Source: Diplonema japonicum (Eukaryota > Protista > Euglenozoa: Diplonemea). From it: a stretch of 64,000 bases of DNA. The stretch is taken from positions 1 to 64,000 of the forward strand of contig OZ025754.1 of assembly GCA_964019335.1 (NCBI GenBank), written 5' to 3'. A model generated the notes under the pieces. It was given only the letters and a program-made list of their open reading frames with translations, was not told the origin of the DNA and searched no databases. Positions 41,799 to 54,003 of this stretch are shown here, piece by piece (position 1 is the first letter of the stretch; the number at the start of each line of letters is the position of its first letter). A program made the position numbers and the translations under genes.

Positions 41799-42393
41799 AG
41801 TCACCCCTGTAAGTTACGGTGGTGTCAACCTTGTGAACGCGAGTGGAAAAGGATCTGAGTTTAACGTTCGTGGCGTTGACGACAAGCTTGGGATCTGTGA
41901 GCTCCCACGACATGGGCACGTCCGCATCGGAGTTGGCGTACACCAGAAGGTCGAAAGTGCAAGAATCGGGGAGGAGGGGGAGAAATGTTTGTGTGGCAGT
42001 TACCTGTTTAACAATGGCCTGGATACCCCTTTGTGTGGTCTCGTCACTTCCGGCACCCTGCCCAGAGGCGGTCGTGTCAGCATCTATGTCAAATTGCCAT
42101 CTTTCCGCCACTTCACCGTCATCACCGCTAATCACTAAGACCAGCTTCTGAACCATTCCCTTCATCAGCCACTCCGACAACTGCTGCAGCACATTCCCGA
42201 GATACGCCTTCAGCCCCTTATCCGTTGTCACCAGCATCTGTAGCTTATACTTGCTTACCGTCGTGAAACAGTCAGGGGGGTACACCCCACGTTGGTACAG
42301 AAGGGTGTTTACTGCATATCCGAAAAACTCGACCACCGTGCTCACACTGCCTCTTAGAGTGATCACCTGCTTCTCTGCCTGGGCCACTGACAT
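41797..42393 (-). CDS. MAD2: Spindle checkpoint HORMA protein MAD2
   Basis: ITLRGS...EFF.YAVN.LLYQRGVYP...ERWQFDI...FLPLL...FDLLVY...LRSFST.VHKVDT.V.Y. Confidence 0.95.
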
Positions 42394-42917
42394 TTTTTTT
42401 TTTTTTTTTTTTTTCTTTCCCTCTTTTTTTTCAAATTTTTTTGGGAATATTATTTGCAGGAACAAAAAAAAAAAAAGCAAAAAAAAACTTGAAAAGAAAA
42501 TTTTGTATTTCTTTTTTTTTTTTTTTTTTTTTTGTTTTGTTTTGTTTTGTTTGGGGTATGGATAAAAAAAAACATGTTGTCTAATAAAAAAAAAAAGAAA
42601 AGAAAAAAGAAAATAAGAAATAAAAAGAAAAAAACTGGGCATGAAGCCTTTTGAAGGAAAGAAAGAAAGAAAAAAAAAACTGAATTGGGAAGAAGGATAA
42701 CTGGCAAACCGGGGGGGAGGATAACTATTGTTTCTTTTTTTCTTTCTTCTTCTTAAAACAAGAGGCGGAGAGAGATGGGAGGGGAGCGGGGTGTAGAGAC
42801 TAGTTACTCCTATTCGCCAGTGTTTCAAAAAAAAAAAAAAAACTATCCCCCTTTCAGGTAAGAAAAAAAAAAACTATTCTTTTAAGGTATGCGTTTTTGC
42901 GCTCACCGGCCGCGCTG

Positions 42918-42951
<34 letters not shown>

Positions 42952-43024
42952 GAATGGGGGAATGGAACAGGGGAAAGGGAAAATAGCATGTTTGATCCCT
43001 AGCTGAAAGGCGTAAAAGTTTTTG

Positions 43025-43055
<31 letters not shown>

Positions 43056-43124
43056 CTTCTTCTCTTTATTGTGGACGTCATAAGCGCGATCCCCCCCCTT
43101 TCTTTTAAAAAAAAAATTCTTTTT

Positions 43125-44849
43125 TCATTTCTTCCTTTCTTCATTGAAGTATTTCCGTGTCTTAATCGCCGTCTCAGCAACGTCCTTAGCACCCATCGAC
43201 CCGAGCTTGTCGACAATGGTGGCGATGACAGATGGGACCGATGTGGCAGCCCCAGTGGTCACATTTGTTACCACAACGCCTCCACCCGAACCTTCCGGTA
43301 TTTGATGATAGAGGAGAATAGACTTTGCCTTCTTAATCACATCCACCGCTTGTTTATTCCTCTTTGTGCGTTCAAGAAGAAGAGCGAAATGAACTGGCAA
43401 CCCATCCTGCAGCTCAGAAAGATCTCCATATGTACTGGGGTCAACCACAGACACCTTAAACTGCATTGTGAGCTTGTACACAGGCCAAATAATCGTTTTG
43501 GTAAACCTGAAAGTATCGGCCTCATTTGTGTCATGTATCTTAACACCACCGGGTTGACACCTCGCCTGATAATCGGTCGAAGTGATCAAATCTTTTGTGA
43601 TGTCTGTAATTTTAATATCAGGAATCATGTATATGGCCTTGTTAAGCAGAATGAAATACTGTTCCTTGTGAGTCGCGTTGTTGAGGTCTACATTGGGGAC
43701 GAAATTTTCACCTGTTTCATCTGAAAAGGACGACAGGTTCATCAATTTTGAAGCCATGCGGAGCACCCCCTCTGGATGATTCGCGCCTTTTAAAAACGTG
43801 AAGAAGTAGAAAGAACCGCCTTCTCCAAGAAACTCATCATTGCTGCGATCATCGAGAACCGACCAGTTCGAGCAGATTCTGTACTTGGAGTTGGAAATTT
43901 TGCAGTTTCTGCCGATGTCTGGGGTGATGGACAATGCGGTGAACGGGGCGGGTTTCACGGTTTCCGCTGGTTTCGCTGGCTCGCATTTTAATTCTCCCTC
44001 CGCTTTCTCAACATGGGATTCAAAGCAGTCTCCGCACATTTTAACCATACAGACACCGCAACCTCTGTTTAGAATGGGTAAAGTGTTGCATATTGCACAG
44101 CTTGCCAAACCGGGGCCCCAATCGTGCGTCACGCGAACCGCGCATTTTGGTCCGGAAGCGGGGGTGAAAGATGGGAGCGGCATGTTGCGAGTCAACCTCT
44201 CTAAAGAACCGGGTTCGAGGAAAGCAGACAACACAACTAAATGGTCGAGCGTGATGCCCACATTTTCCGGGTCGGACCCACGTGCGTCGCACGACACGTT
44301 GAACTCTTCACGGGTCTGCTCCGGCATGTCGAGATCATGTAAAAGCGCGTTCCATTCTGTAAACGACAAACCATCCGTTTTGCTCACATCGTATTTTTTA
44401 AGCGCCATTTTTGCGAGTTCGACGGTGGTGACGAGGAGGCTTTTGTGTGAATCGAAGCACGTCATGCACATTCGTTTTTCACAAACTAAGCAGCCTCTGT
44501 TGAAGATGGGCCTTGCCCCGCAGGAAGCGCACGATTTCACACCCGGGCCCCAGTCGTGCATGGTCTGCGCGGAGCACGATGGGAATGCGAGCGTTTCGCC
44601 TTTTTCTATGCCGGAAATTGTTAGTCCCGCGTTCCACGACTTGCAGGAGTGGAGAGAGGGCGACCTTGGGATGTCGCCTAAAGGGAATCCTTCCACGACG
44701 CCCATCTCTAGGTCGTGGTCCATCATCACTGTCGTCTTCTCGCCCGTTCCTCTTTTTTTTTTTTGCACGCTGCGCCTTGCTGTTAAGTACATCACCACCA
44801 TGCATATCAGTAACACCCCGCCCGTGCAGAGGAGGACTAGCAACAGCAT
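43125..44849 (-). CDS. Membrane-anchored protein with two Cys-rich zinc-binding repeats and an EF-hand-like segment
   Basis: N-terminal TM; HDWGPGxxSCxxCxxxPIxNRGCxxCxxxMCxxCFxSH twice; YDVSKTDGLSFTEW. Confidence 0.75.
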   Translation of the reverse strand: MLLLVLLCTGGVLLICMVVMYLTARRSVQKKKRGTGEKTTVMMDHDLEMGVVEGFPLGDIPRSPSLHSCKSWNAGLTISGIEKGETLAFPSCSAQTMHDWGPGVKSCASCGARPIFNRGCLVCEKRMCMTCFDSHKSLLVTTVELAKMALKKYDVSKTDGLSFTEWNALLHDLDMPEQTREEFNVSCDARGSDPENVGITLDHLVVLSAFLEPGSLERLTRNMPLPSFTPASGPKCAVRVTHDWGPGLASCAICNTLPILNRGCGVCMVKMCGDCFESHVEKAEGELKCEPAKPAETVKPAPFTALSITPDIGRNCKISNSKYRICSNWSVLDDRSNDEFLGEGGSFYFFTFLKGANHPEGVLRMASKLMNLSSFSDETGENFVPNVDLNNATHKEQYFILLNKAIYMIPDIKITDITKDLITSTDYQARCQPGGVKIHDTNEADTFRFTKTIIWPVYKLTMQFKVSVVDPSTYGDLSELQDGLPVHFALLLERTKRNKQAVDVIKKAKSILLYHQIPEGSGGGVVVTNVTTGAATSVPSVIATIVDKLGSMGAKDVAETAIKTRKYFNEERKK

Positions 44850-45497
44850 TTTTTTTTTTTTTTTTTTTTCCCCCCAGGGCCGCAACTTTTTTTTTTTTTT
44901 TTGTTGGGAAAAAAATTGTGTTGTTTTTTTTTTTTTTTTTTTTTTTTTTTTTGGTGTCAGCGCTATGATATTGGTATGGGGGAGAGAAGTGAAGTGGGGC
45001 CGATGTTGGGGAACAGACAAAATCTTTTAGACCTTTAGGTCATTCCTTCCGTCCCTGAGACAGGGTTAGAAAAGGACGGAAGGAAAAAAAGACGGGTGGG
45101 GAAACCGGACTGTCCCAGCTGTTTGTCGTACAAACAAATGAAACATTAAACTAGTTCTTTTTTTTTTGAAAAAAAAAAAGAACCCCCACCCGTCACAACG
45201 AAAGGGCCTGGCTGGTGCAAACAATTATAAATAAAAATAAAAAAATAAAAATAAAAATAAAGACGACGAACAAATGCTGGAGGGGGGGGGGGGGGGGTGA
45301 CGGGGGGAGGGGCTTTTTTCTTTTTAAATATTTCCCCCCTTTTCTTCTTTTGTGATAAAAATGTGCGGAAAAAGTCCCCCCCCCCCCTCTCTTCTTAATG
45401 ATGTAGAAAGGTGTAGAGGAGTGGTAAAAAAAAAAAGGAGAAAAAATGATCTGACATCCCCCCCCCCCCCCCCCCCCTTTCCCCTCTTCTCCCATTC

Positions 45498-47548
45498 TCA
45501 TGTTTCATCTTGCAGGGCAATTTTTGCTTCTTTCTTCTCCTTTCGTTTCGCTGCTGTGGTGTCTTTTTGGTGCTCAACTCGTTTTTGCTTAGCTTGGTGT
45601 GCTTCTTTCTTCGTCCGGCGAAGTCGTTTGCGCTCCTTAGTGGTGAGTTCGTCATCACCAAGATCGTCGTACTTACGCTTCTGCTTGCTGGCAACGTCCT
45701 GCGGTGCAAGGAGCTGTACATTCGACACTGCGGCAGGTGTGACCTCCTCCATGGCGATCGCGGACTTTTGCGAAGCTCTTATCTTGAGCTCGTCCTCCGG
45801 CATGGGTTTCGGTGTGTAGTAGAAGTTCGACAGCATGTCCAGATTGGACGCCAGGGACCGCCACATCTGGATGATCTTCAGCTCCTCCTTCTCTTCCTCC
45901 GTGAGCTCGTGCGTTGTCGTCCCTGCTGCCTCCAGCTCTTTTCTGTGATTGTCGAGCCACTCCTTTTCGTAGAGGTCCGCGAGACCTACTTTGCTCTTGG
46001 CGTGAAGGTCGATCTGCATTTTTTTTTTTTTTTTTTGAAAAAATTAAAAAAAAAAAAAAAACCCCCCAAACCTCGTTCTTGTGGTTTAGCGTGAGATCCA
46101 TCGCTGTGCTCCGCCTCTCCCTGCGGATCACGTCGTCGAAAATGCTTTCCTTTTTTTTTTTTTTTTTTTTTTCTTTGCTGGAAAAAATACCTGGATGCGT
46201 TTTGTCAGTCGATCTTCAAGGGATTTTGTCATCTCAGCGGTGACGAGGGGTTTGGCCACCTGGGTGTGGTCGAATTCCAGGTGTTCCTCTAGAAGCGCGT
46301 TTTCAGGGCGTGCGGAGGCCATCGTCTCTCCCGCAACCGACCAATGCTTGTCGCTCAAACGCTTCTTCTCGATTTTGTTGATGGTCTTCGCCAGCTTTTT
46401 CTGGCGGATCTGGAAGGAGGTGAGCCCCTCGGTGTCTATCTCTTCCTCTTCCTCCTCCTCGCCCTCTTCTTCAGGGGATTCTTCATCCTCTTCATCTTCC
46501 TCGCCGAGAGCGCCAAAGCCTTCAGTGTTTTCGTAGTTGCCCTCCCCGTACATCTCACGCAAGGCGGCTGTGTCCTCTTGCATCTCTTTCATAAGTTCAT
46601 CATCCACTTCGATGTCACTGTCTCCTTCCTCACCTTCTTCTGCGTCTTCTTCTTGCTTGCCTTCAGCTTCGTCGAAAGCGTCACGAAGAACTTCCCTTTT
46701 TTCGTCGGTCTTTTTTTTCTTGGTTTTCTTCAGGTCGGCAAAAAGCGGTGCGTCCTCTTCTTCCTCTGATTCACTGTTTTTGGGTTTCTTTCTTTTTTTT
46801 TTTTTTTTCGTAAAAAAAATACCTGTCCGGGCCTACCAATCCTTGAATTTTCTCCAACAACATTTGTTCTTCGTCGGGGCCCTTTGATTTGCCCTTCTTC
46901 GACCTTGTAGGTTTGTAGGTGTCCAGCAGGCCTTGTATTTCATCGTTGTCCTCCCTTTCGGCGAGCTGTGTTGAATAATGGGTTTTTTTGGATATTTTTT
47001 TTTAATACCAATTTCCTTGCTTTGCCAATTTGGGTGCCTTTGATGATATCGTCGAGGGCCTTGGCGTTGAAGGGTTGTTCTTCCTCCTGGTCTTCTTCTT
47101 CGTCCGATTCTTCATGTTCTTCTCCTTCTTCGTCTTCCTCTCCTTCTTCGTCTTCCATCAGTTCTGCAAATTCATCAAATTTTTCGTCGCCGGATTTTGA
47201 TTCTTCTTCGGAGTCCTCTTGCGCGGTGTCGGCGGTGTCGCTGTACTTTTGCAGTGTTTTGGTAACGTTCTCCAGGACGGAGTCGGTAAGTGGTGTGACT
47301 TGTGGGATTATCTGCTCTACGCTGTAAGCATCGTTGGCGTAGATACGGGGCAGCCCCGATTTTGTCGATATTTTAGCTGCAGAGTAGAGACTAGAGAGGA
47401 CTCCTCTCAGAGAGCCGCCCAGCTTTTCGGGGTTTCCTATAAGCTCTTCTGGTGCCTTGTCCACCTGGCCCATTCCCACCGCTGCACCATCCAGCAAGTC
47501 TTTCTCTTCGTTGTCGGACTTGACCTTCTTCTGTTTTTTTGGTGGCAT
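45498..47548 (-). CDS. MPP10: U3 snoRNP protein Mpp10, multi-exon
   Basis: WSVAGE..ASARPENALLEEHLEF, FDDVIR, KSKVGLADLYE, LDMLSNFYYTPKP, AIAMEEVTP, LLAPQDV. Confidence 0.88.
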
Positions 47549-47654
47549 TTTTTTTATTTTATTTTTTTTCCCCCTCTCCCTTCGTATTTCCCTTTTTTTT
47601 ATTTCTTTGTTGTAGGACGGGGGGAGGGGGGGAACAAAAAAAAAAAAGGACAAT

Positions 47655-47688
<34 letters not shown>

Positions 47689-48123
47689 GCTACAAAGTAA
47701 TCATAAGTCTGAAACGGGGCATTGGGGTGGGTTACACACTATTCTTTTTTTTTTTTTTTTTTTCCCGTTCAGTTCTTTTTTCTTTTTTTTTTTTGTTCAT
47801 TTTAAGGAGGGTCAAAAGTATAGAATAATCGATCATATTTCTTTTTTTTTAAGGGGGGAACCCCGTGCGGTTCCCTTTTTTTCTTTTTTTTTTTTTGTTG
47901 GCCTGTTGCCGGTAAGGAAAAATCGTCTTATTATCACACCCCTTCCCCTTAATTCTAATTTCTCAATCCTCGTTTTCTTTTTTTTTTTTTTTTTTTTTCC
48001 TTTTATAACGAAATATAACATATAAGAGATAAAGGAGGCGAGTGTTTGTGGCGCCCTGCACAAGATCTGTCTCTTGGTTACAGAGGGCGCACATCGAAAT
48101 ATAATTTTCTCCGGTTGGAGGCG

Positions 48124-48158
<35 letters not shown>

Positions 48159-48762
48159 TTCTTGTGTTTGAGATGATGGGAGTGTTGCAATTTTCCTTAA
48201 TCTTTAGTCGAAGTCCCAAGTGAGTGAAGAAAAAGAGGACGGAAAGGGGAGGTGGGTGTGTGTAATAAAAAAAAGGGAGTTTTCTTATTTTTTTCTTCGA
48301 CTCTCTTTTCCCCCCCCCCCCTCCTTTTTCTTTGAAAAGCCGTACGTGTATTCAATTAAGATAATACCTAAGAATAGAAGAGGAAAAAAGCAAAAAAAGG
48401 GGAAAAAAAAAAAATCCCAATAGATGGCATGTCGCAAATACTTGCATATATCTCTAAACCTGCCGATACGTGGGGGGGGGGGGGGGGGGGGGAGGATTCT
48501 TTTTATTTTTTTTAGTCACAGGCTCCGGAAAGGTAATACGTTCGTGCAAAATTCTAGAGACATACACAGCGTTAAAAAATAAAAAAAAAGAGTTGAAATG
48601 CACAAAAACGAACGGGGGGGGGGTTTTTTTTTTAAAAAACTTTTTTTTTCCCTCCTACTATTTTCTTTAATCTCAAAAAATAAAATTCAACCTTCATTAC
48701 CCCCCTTCTACCCCTGGAAAAAAAAGAAGTAAATGTATACCCCCCCCCCCCCCCCCCCCCCC

Positions 48763-50286
48763 TCAATCAATAAATTTCACATTGTAATCACGAATGAGCT
48801 TCAGCATAAGGGCGTCGTACCTCTTGAACAGGGCGATGAACGGTTCCTGCTCCTGCTCGGTTCCCTGGTGCAGACCGATGGACGATGCCTTAGATGAGTA
48901 AGATGCCTGACGAGTCCCGCCTGAAGCTGCAGGGTCGCTGCAAGCAAGCTTAATCTGCTCCCATCTACTGGGACCAGTACAGTTGTCTTTCTGCCAGTCT
49001 TGCTCCGCCGTGCAAGGGCTCGCCACCCTTTTGAACTTGAACGAGTCCGCCAAGATGTCGATCAGAAAAAACGGATCGGACTTCTTCATCGCGGCTGTGC
49101 GTAGCACGGTGAACTGCTCTGCGGGGAAATGGTGCAACCAGTAACGCAAACCCAACACGGGGAGAGACATCCCGAGGTAGATGGGGTTGACGAAACAATT
49201 CGCAAGCACCCATCTCAGCCTCTCCTTCGAACCCGGCTCTAAAAGCGTTTCGGGGTCTGTCTTCAACACAGCACAACCTTCACTATCCCACATGCTGAGC
49301 TCTTTGTTCATCCTTCTGATAAAAGCGTTTTGTTTAAAAGCATTATTGTGATTCTTAACGATCATCACGTAATGACTGAATGCGCGTTCCATTCCGTCCC
49401 TCCAAGCGATAACAAACCGCGGACGGTGTAAATCGTGGATGTGATCAGCGTACACGTTTTCCGTAGCCCACGGGTTATGAAGGTACGATGGGGTGGCATC
49501 GAGAACTTCCCAGTGTCGGGACTCCGGTTCTATAGGAGGAAAGGACTCGAAAGCTCTGTAGTACTTCGCCTCGGTCGAGTTTCCACAATGCCTGTAAACC
49601 CTCGGCTCCTTGTGCAGATCCCACATCCTGAACCCCGTCCGGTTCCACAAACCCCCATATGCAAAACCTGTGAACCACACGTACGGCTCCCCGTTTCGTT
49701 GAAATCTGTACGGCCAACGAAACGCCGGTCGTGGGTACGGCATTCTTGCAGAATCGCCAGACAGAGCTCCGCTCGAATAACATCTTTCTAAAAAGGTAGT
49801 TCCGCCTTTCGGAGCGCCGAGGATGAAGTGGGTTGGGTGGTGCCGGGCGTTCCATGATTTTGGAAGCCCCCATTCACGGGAGAGCTCCATGGCGGCTTCC
49901 CCATCAGGGGCGTCTTTGGTCTTCGGGAGCGCTTTGAGCCGAGTATCCAGGTTTTCGTAAGATGTGATGGTTGGCATCATGCCGGGTGTGAACCGCACGC
50001 CTGTTGTTCCCAGTGAAAACCGTCTCGCGGTGTCGTTCTCGCCGCTTGTGTACATACTGTTTTGAACAGTCTTGTGTTGTGGCCGCTTTGGTGTCGCGGG
50101 AGTGTCTTTATCCAGTTCTCTCTCTGCGTTGTTCAGGGCATCGAAGACTACATTCTTCCCCAGAACCACCGGCTGCCCCGCCTCCATGTTCCCAGTCATG
50201 TACAGCAGGATCACCGCCAGCATCCCCACCAGCATCACGTGTTCCTTCGCCGGGCCTTGCTTGCCCGCTGTCGGTCGTGCAACCAT
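48763..50286 (-). CDS. Type II membrane PAPS-dependent sulfotransferase
   Basis: N-terminal TM; ILGAPKGGTTFL (5'-PSB), DATPSYL, RDGMERAFSHY (3'-PB). Confidence 0.85.
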   Translation of the reverse strand: MVARPTAGKQGPAKEHVMLVGMLAVILLYMTGNMEAGQPVVLGKNVVFDALNNAERELDKDTPATPKRPQHKTVQNSMYTSGENDTARRFSLGTTGVRFTPGMMPTITSYENLDTRLKALPKTKDAPDGEAAMELSREWGLPKSWNARHHPTHFILGAPKGGTTFLERCYSSGALSGDSARMPYPRPAFRWPYRFQRNGEPYVWFTGFAYGGLWNRTGFRMWDLHKEPRVYRHCGNSTEAKYYRAFESFPPIEPESRHWEVLDATPSYLHNPWATENVYADHIHDLHRPRFVIAWRDGMERAFSHYVMIVKNHNNAFKQNAFIRRMNKELSMWDSEGCAVLKTDPETLLEPGSKERLRWVLANCFVNPIYLGMSLPVLGLRYWLHHFPAEQFTVLRTAAMKKSDPFFLIDILADSFKFKRVASPCTAEQDWQKDNCTGPSRWEQIKLACSDPAASGGTRQASYSSKASSIGLHQGTEQEQEPFIALFKRYDALMLKLIRDYNVKFID

Positions 50287-51030
50287 TGTGTTTTTTTTCT
50301 TTTTTTTCTTCTTTTTTTCTTTTTTTTTTAAAAAATTGGTGGAGGCCCACCCAATACGACCTGAGAGTTTGAAATCACGCAAATTTTATTGTAAAAATAA
50401 AAAGAAAAGGGATAGTATCAACGTTTGAGCTTGTTTTAAAAAAAAGGGGGGGGGGGAGGGGGTGAGAGAGAGAAAGAGAGAAGGATCAAATGAAGACACG
50501 TTACCCAGGTGCCAAAATGTGGCGACTTTTAGAGTGTAGACACACCTTTCCCCCCTTGGGGAGGTTTAAAAGAAGCCGCTGAAGAGCGGCCTTTCTCTTT
50601 CCCACCCTCTTCTGTGTGTGAAAAAGCCTTAATAAAACACCTTGTGCACGTTCAACCTCCGAATTACAACGGTGATGAGAAAGATGATGGTGTGCATTGG
50701 GGGTAGGGGGGGGTCTGTGACCCAGGACGACATTTGAGCCAACTCCCAAGAGATTTACCCTCCCATAGCACCCTGAGGCAACCGAATAAAGTAAGTGCCC
50801 GTACCTTGGGCACTGGGGGAAGAAGTCTTCGGGTGTTCCCCCCCCCCCCCCCCCCCTGGTCTGTCTTTTTCTTCCCCACAAGCGTCTTGTTATGGTTGCA
50901 CGTGTTTACACAAGAAATAAAAAAGAATCGAATTGTAACCTCATTTTTTTGCCCCGAAAAAAGCCCCTTCAATATGGTTTTAAAGAGACACTTAAAAAAG
51001 GAGGGTGCCTTCCCTGTAAATATGTTATGT

Positions 51031-52804
51031 TCAGTCCTCCTTTGCCTCAATGTTGGAGAGGTGAGGGAAGGGGAGGAGAGCAGGAGAGGGCACGAGGGCG
51101 GTGGGCTGTGTGCTGTGGAGGACGGAGGCGATGAGGAGGGAGGAATGCTCTGCTTGCCTGATGGGGTTCACGTTCTTCTGCACGACAGTGTTCATGAGGG
51201 ACCTGTCGAAGAAGTGTACTGCTGGGGTCACCACGTGCAGGTATGTGTGCGCAAGCGGAACTGCTCCCGACTTTGAAAGGGAGTCCAGCAAACGGTACGC
51301 CTTCGCCGTCTCGTCCGCCTTCTCCAGCGTAACTGTCTCCTGCTCTGCGAGGAGCGACTTGTGCATCTTCTTCGTCCATCTCTCGCCTGTCAGGATTGTG
51401 CCCGCGTGCAGTGCCGCTTCCTTGTCGTACTTCTTCAGCATCTCGTTCAGCCTCTTCGGGAAGGACCTTACCTCGTCGATGAGATGCGGAGGGCGCCCAT
51501 CCTCCTCCCCCTCGAGGGCCATTTGCCCCATCATATCATCCAGCTTGTCTACTTCCATCCTTTCCGTTCCCTTTCCCTTTCCCCTTCCTTTTCCCCTTCC
51601 TTTTCCCTTTCCCATGCCAGAACTATACATTTCCACTTCCATCTCAGACTCGTCGCATGGAACAGCGCAACTCTCTAGACTGCAATCAAAATCCATCGCG
51701 CACATCGGTGCAGGCATTTCAATCATATCGCAGCTTGACGATAGCATTGAACTATACATGGACTTTCGCTTACGTGTTTCTTCCACATAAGCATCGCGCA
51801 TCTTCTTCTCCTTCAGCTCCGCCTCCTTTGCGGCTTGTATCATGTCGAAGACCCTGCGGACATGCTTCCTCACGATCTCGACCTTCTCTGCGGTGTGCTC
51901 CTTCAGGTTGCTGCCGAGGGTGTCGCTCTCCTCGGAGAACATGATGAGGTCCGGGGGGATGTGGTAGTCGATGAAGAGCTGCAGGATGCTCTGCGTGAGC
52001 TCCACCTCCTTCGTGAGGGACGCCGTCGGGAGCTTCAGAAGCTCCTCCAGCTGCGGTTTGATCTGGATCACCGCGACCCCGAACAGGCTCCCCTCCAGCT
52101 GCATGACCCTGTAGGCTTCTGCGAACTCCTGCTGCTCCGGCGACAGTGACGACACAGCCACCTCGAACGCCTTTGGTGTCGGGATCGCCTCCACCTCCAG
52201 AGGGATCCGCACCTCGTCCTTGTCCTTCACGATCAAAGCGTTCGACGGGAGGAACTCCTTCCCGGGGCCCAGTTTTCCCAGCATCACCACGTAGCAGCTG
52301 AACTGCCTCGCCGCCGCCTTCAGCACCCCGCGCACCCCCCGCTCCGACTCGAACGCATGGCTCACCCAGCAGTGCGCCTCCAGCTCCGCTTCCATCGTCA
52401 CCACCGTCGAGCTGTTGATCCGAGCCGTCGTCTCCTGCCTCCCGAACACCCGCTGGAACATCTCCACAGGTCGCTCCTCTTCTCCCTTGCTGTTGTTGCA
52501 GTCGAGACTGATGACTCCCTCAGGGTAACACCCCTCCCGCCTCACCGAGTGGCAAAACATCCTCGGGCGGTACTGCTCGTTGAAGAAGCTCGCGTAGTGG
52601 TGCTGCATGTACTCCCCGAAGTCGGCGGGGGCCAGCTGCCGGCCCACAGCCTGCTCCAGCTGCCGCATCAGCGTCGCCTCCAGGTACTCCACACCGTTCC
52701 GGTACGAGAGGGACAGCTCCATCATGTGGTTCAGCATCGTGAGGAAGTGCTCCTCGCGACGGGTGCACAAGGCTGCTGTTTTTGTCCCTGTTGCAGGTCC
52801 ACCT

Positions 52805-52837
<33 letters not shown>

Positions 52838-53859
52838 TTGTCTGCAACAACAACAAGATCATCATCATCGTCATTATCATTATCAGCAGCAGCAGCAGAG
52901 TGAAACGTGGGGAAGGAATCCATCTGTGCAGCGAGGAGGGAGCTTGGGAGCGGGGGTGTCCCTGTGTCCTTCCGCAGCACGGGGGCGACAGGGTCGAAGA
53001 TGGAGTCCGGGTCTGTGGCCTCCTTGGAGGGGTGGCTGGGGAGGTTGGTGCGGAACACATCCCACACACGGTTCGTCCACACGTAGACCCCCGCGAACAG
53101 GTCTGACAGCTCCTCCGTCGGCTTGTTCCTTCGCGGCGTGTGCGTCTCGTCGCTGCTGCGGTCGATCTCCACCCTTGCCGCCTCGCCGTCCTTCCCCAGA
53201 GCCCTCACCAGGAAGCTGATGTCCACGTCCACAGGCTTTGCAGTCGTGCTCTCGGGGTGCGGAGGGGTAGCCTTCCCCTTCAATGTCTTCAGGGTCGTCT
53301 TGCACGTCGCCACAGAGATGGGGACCGCCTCCTTCACCCCTGCATCCGAGCCCTTGTACAGGGACAGGCTGTAGGTCCCCTCGAAGCCCCACGAGTGCTC
53401 CGTCACCTTCAGCACCGTCTTCGTCGACTTCTTCGTTGACTTCCTTCCCCTCTTCGCCGCCGTCTCCGTCACCAGCTCCACAGCAGGTTCCACCTCCTTC
53501 GTCTCCTTTCCGAAGTATTTGCAGCTCGTCTTCATCTCGAACCGCAGCATCACCGCCTCCCCGTCCCTTCCCCAGCCGACAGCCTTCTCCCGCACCGAGT
53601 CTGTCACCCCTATCTGCCCTGCTGCGTTCCACCATCCCCCCACAGCCACGGCCCCGAGGAACTCGGCCAATAAATACTTGTCTTCGTACTTGTGCTCCGC
53701 CTCCCGCAGCGTCAGCACAGGGTCCTTCGCCTCCCCAAGGATCCGCTGCACCTTCTGCACAACCTTCTCTAGCTTCGCAGTGAAGGCAAGGTCGCTGTAG
53801 CTGATGTAGTTGTACCTGTAGTTTAACAAGGCGTTACTTTCGCGAATTCTTTCTGACAT
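51031..53859 (-). CDS. Large hypothetical protein (about 942 aa)
   Basis: Long GC-rich ORF with an ordered block ARQFS...LSPEQQEFA...QIKPQLE.LL.LP..SLTKE; function not recognised. Confidence 0.8.
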
Positions 53860-54003
53860 CGTATTGTTCTTTAATTTTGTGTGTGTGTTTCTTCTGTGCA
53901 AGTATTTTTACTTTGACTTAACCGTTTTTTTTTCCTCTTGTTGCCAAACTAAATATAAGAAGAAAGAAAGAAGAAGGAAAAAAAAAAAAAAGGCCACAAA
54001 ATT

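Noticed and set aside
41797-42828. N-terminal extensions in the ORF track (MAD2 343 aa; also P450, Deg, PKD2, DNAI2, sulfotransferase)
   Set aside because: The extensions run through homopolymer UTR sequence; downstream ATGs match the family starts.
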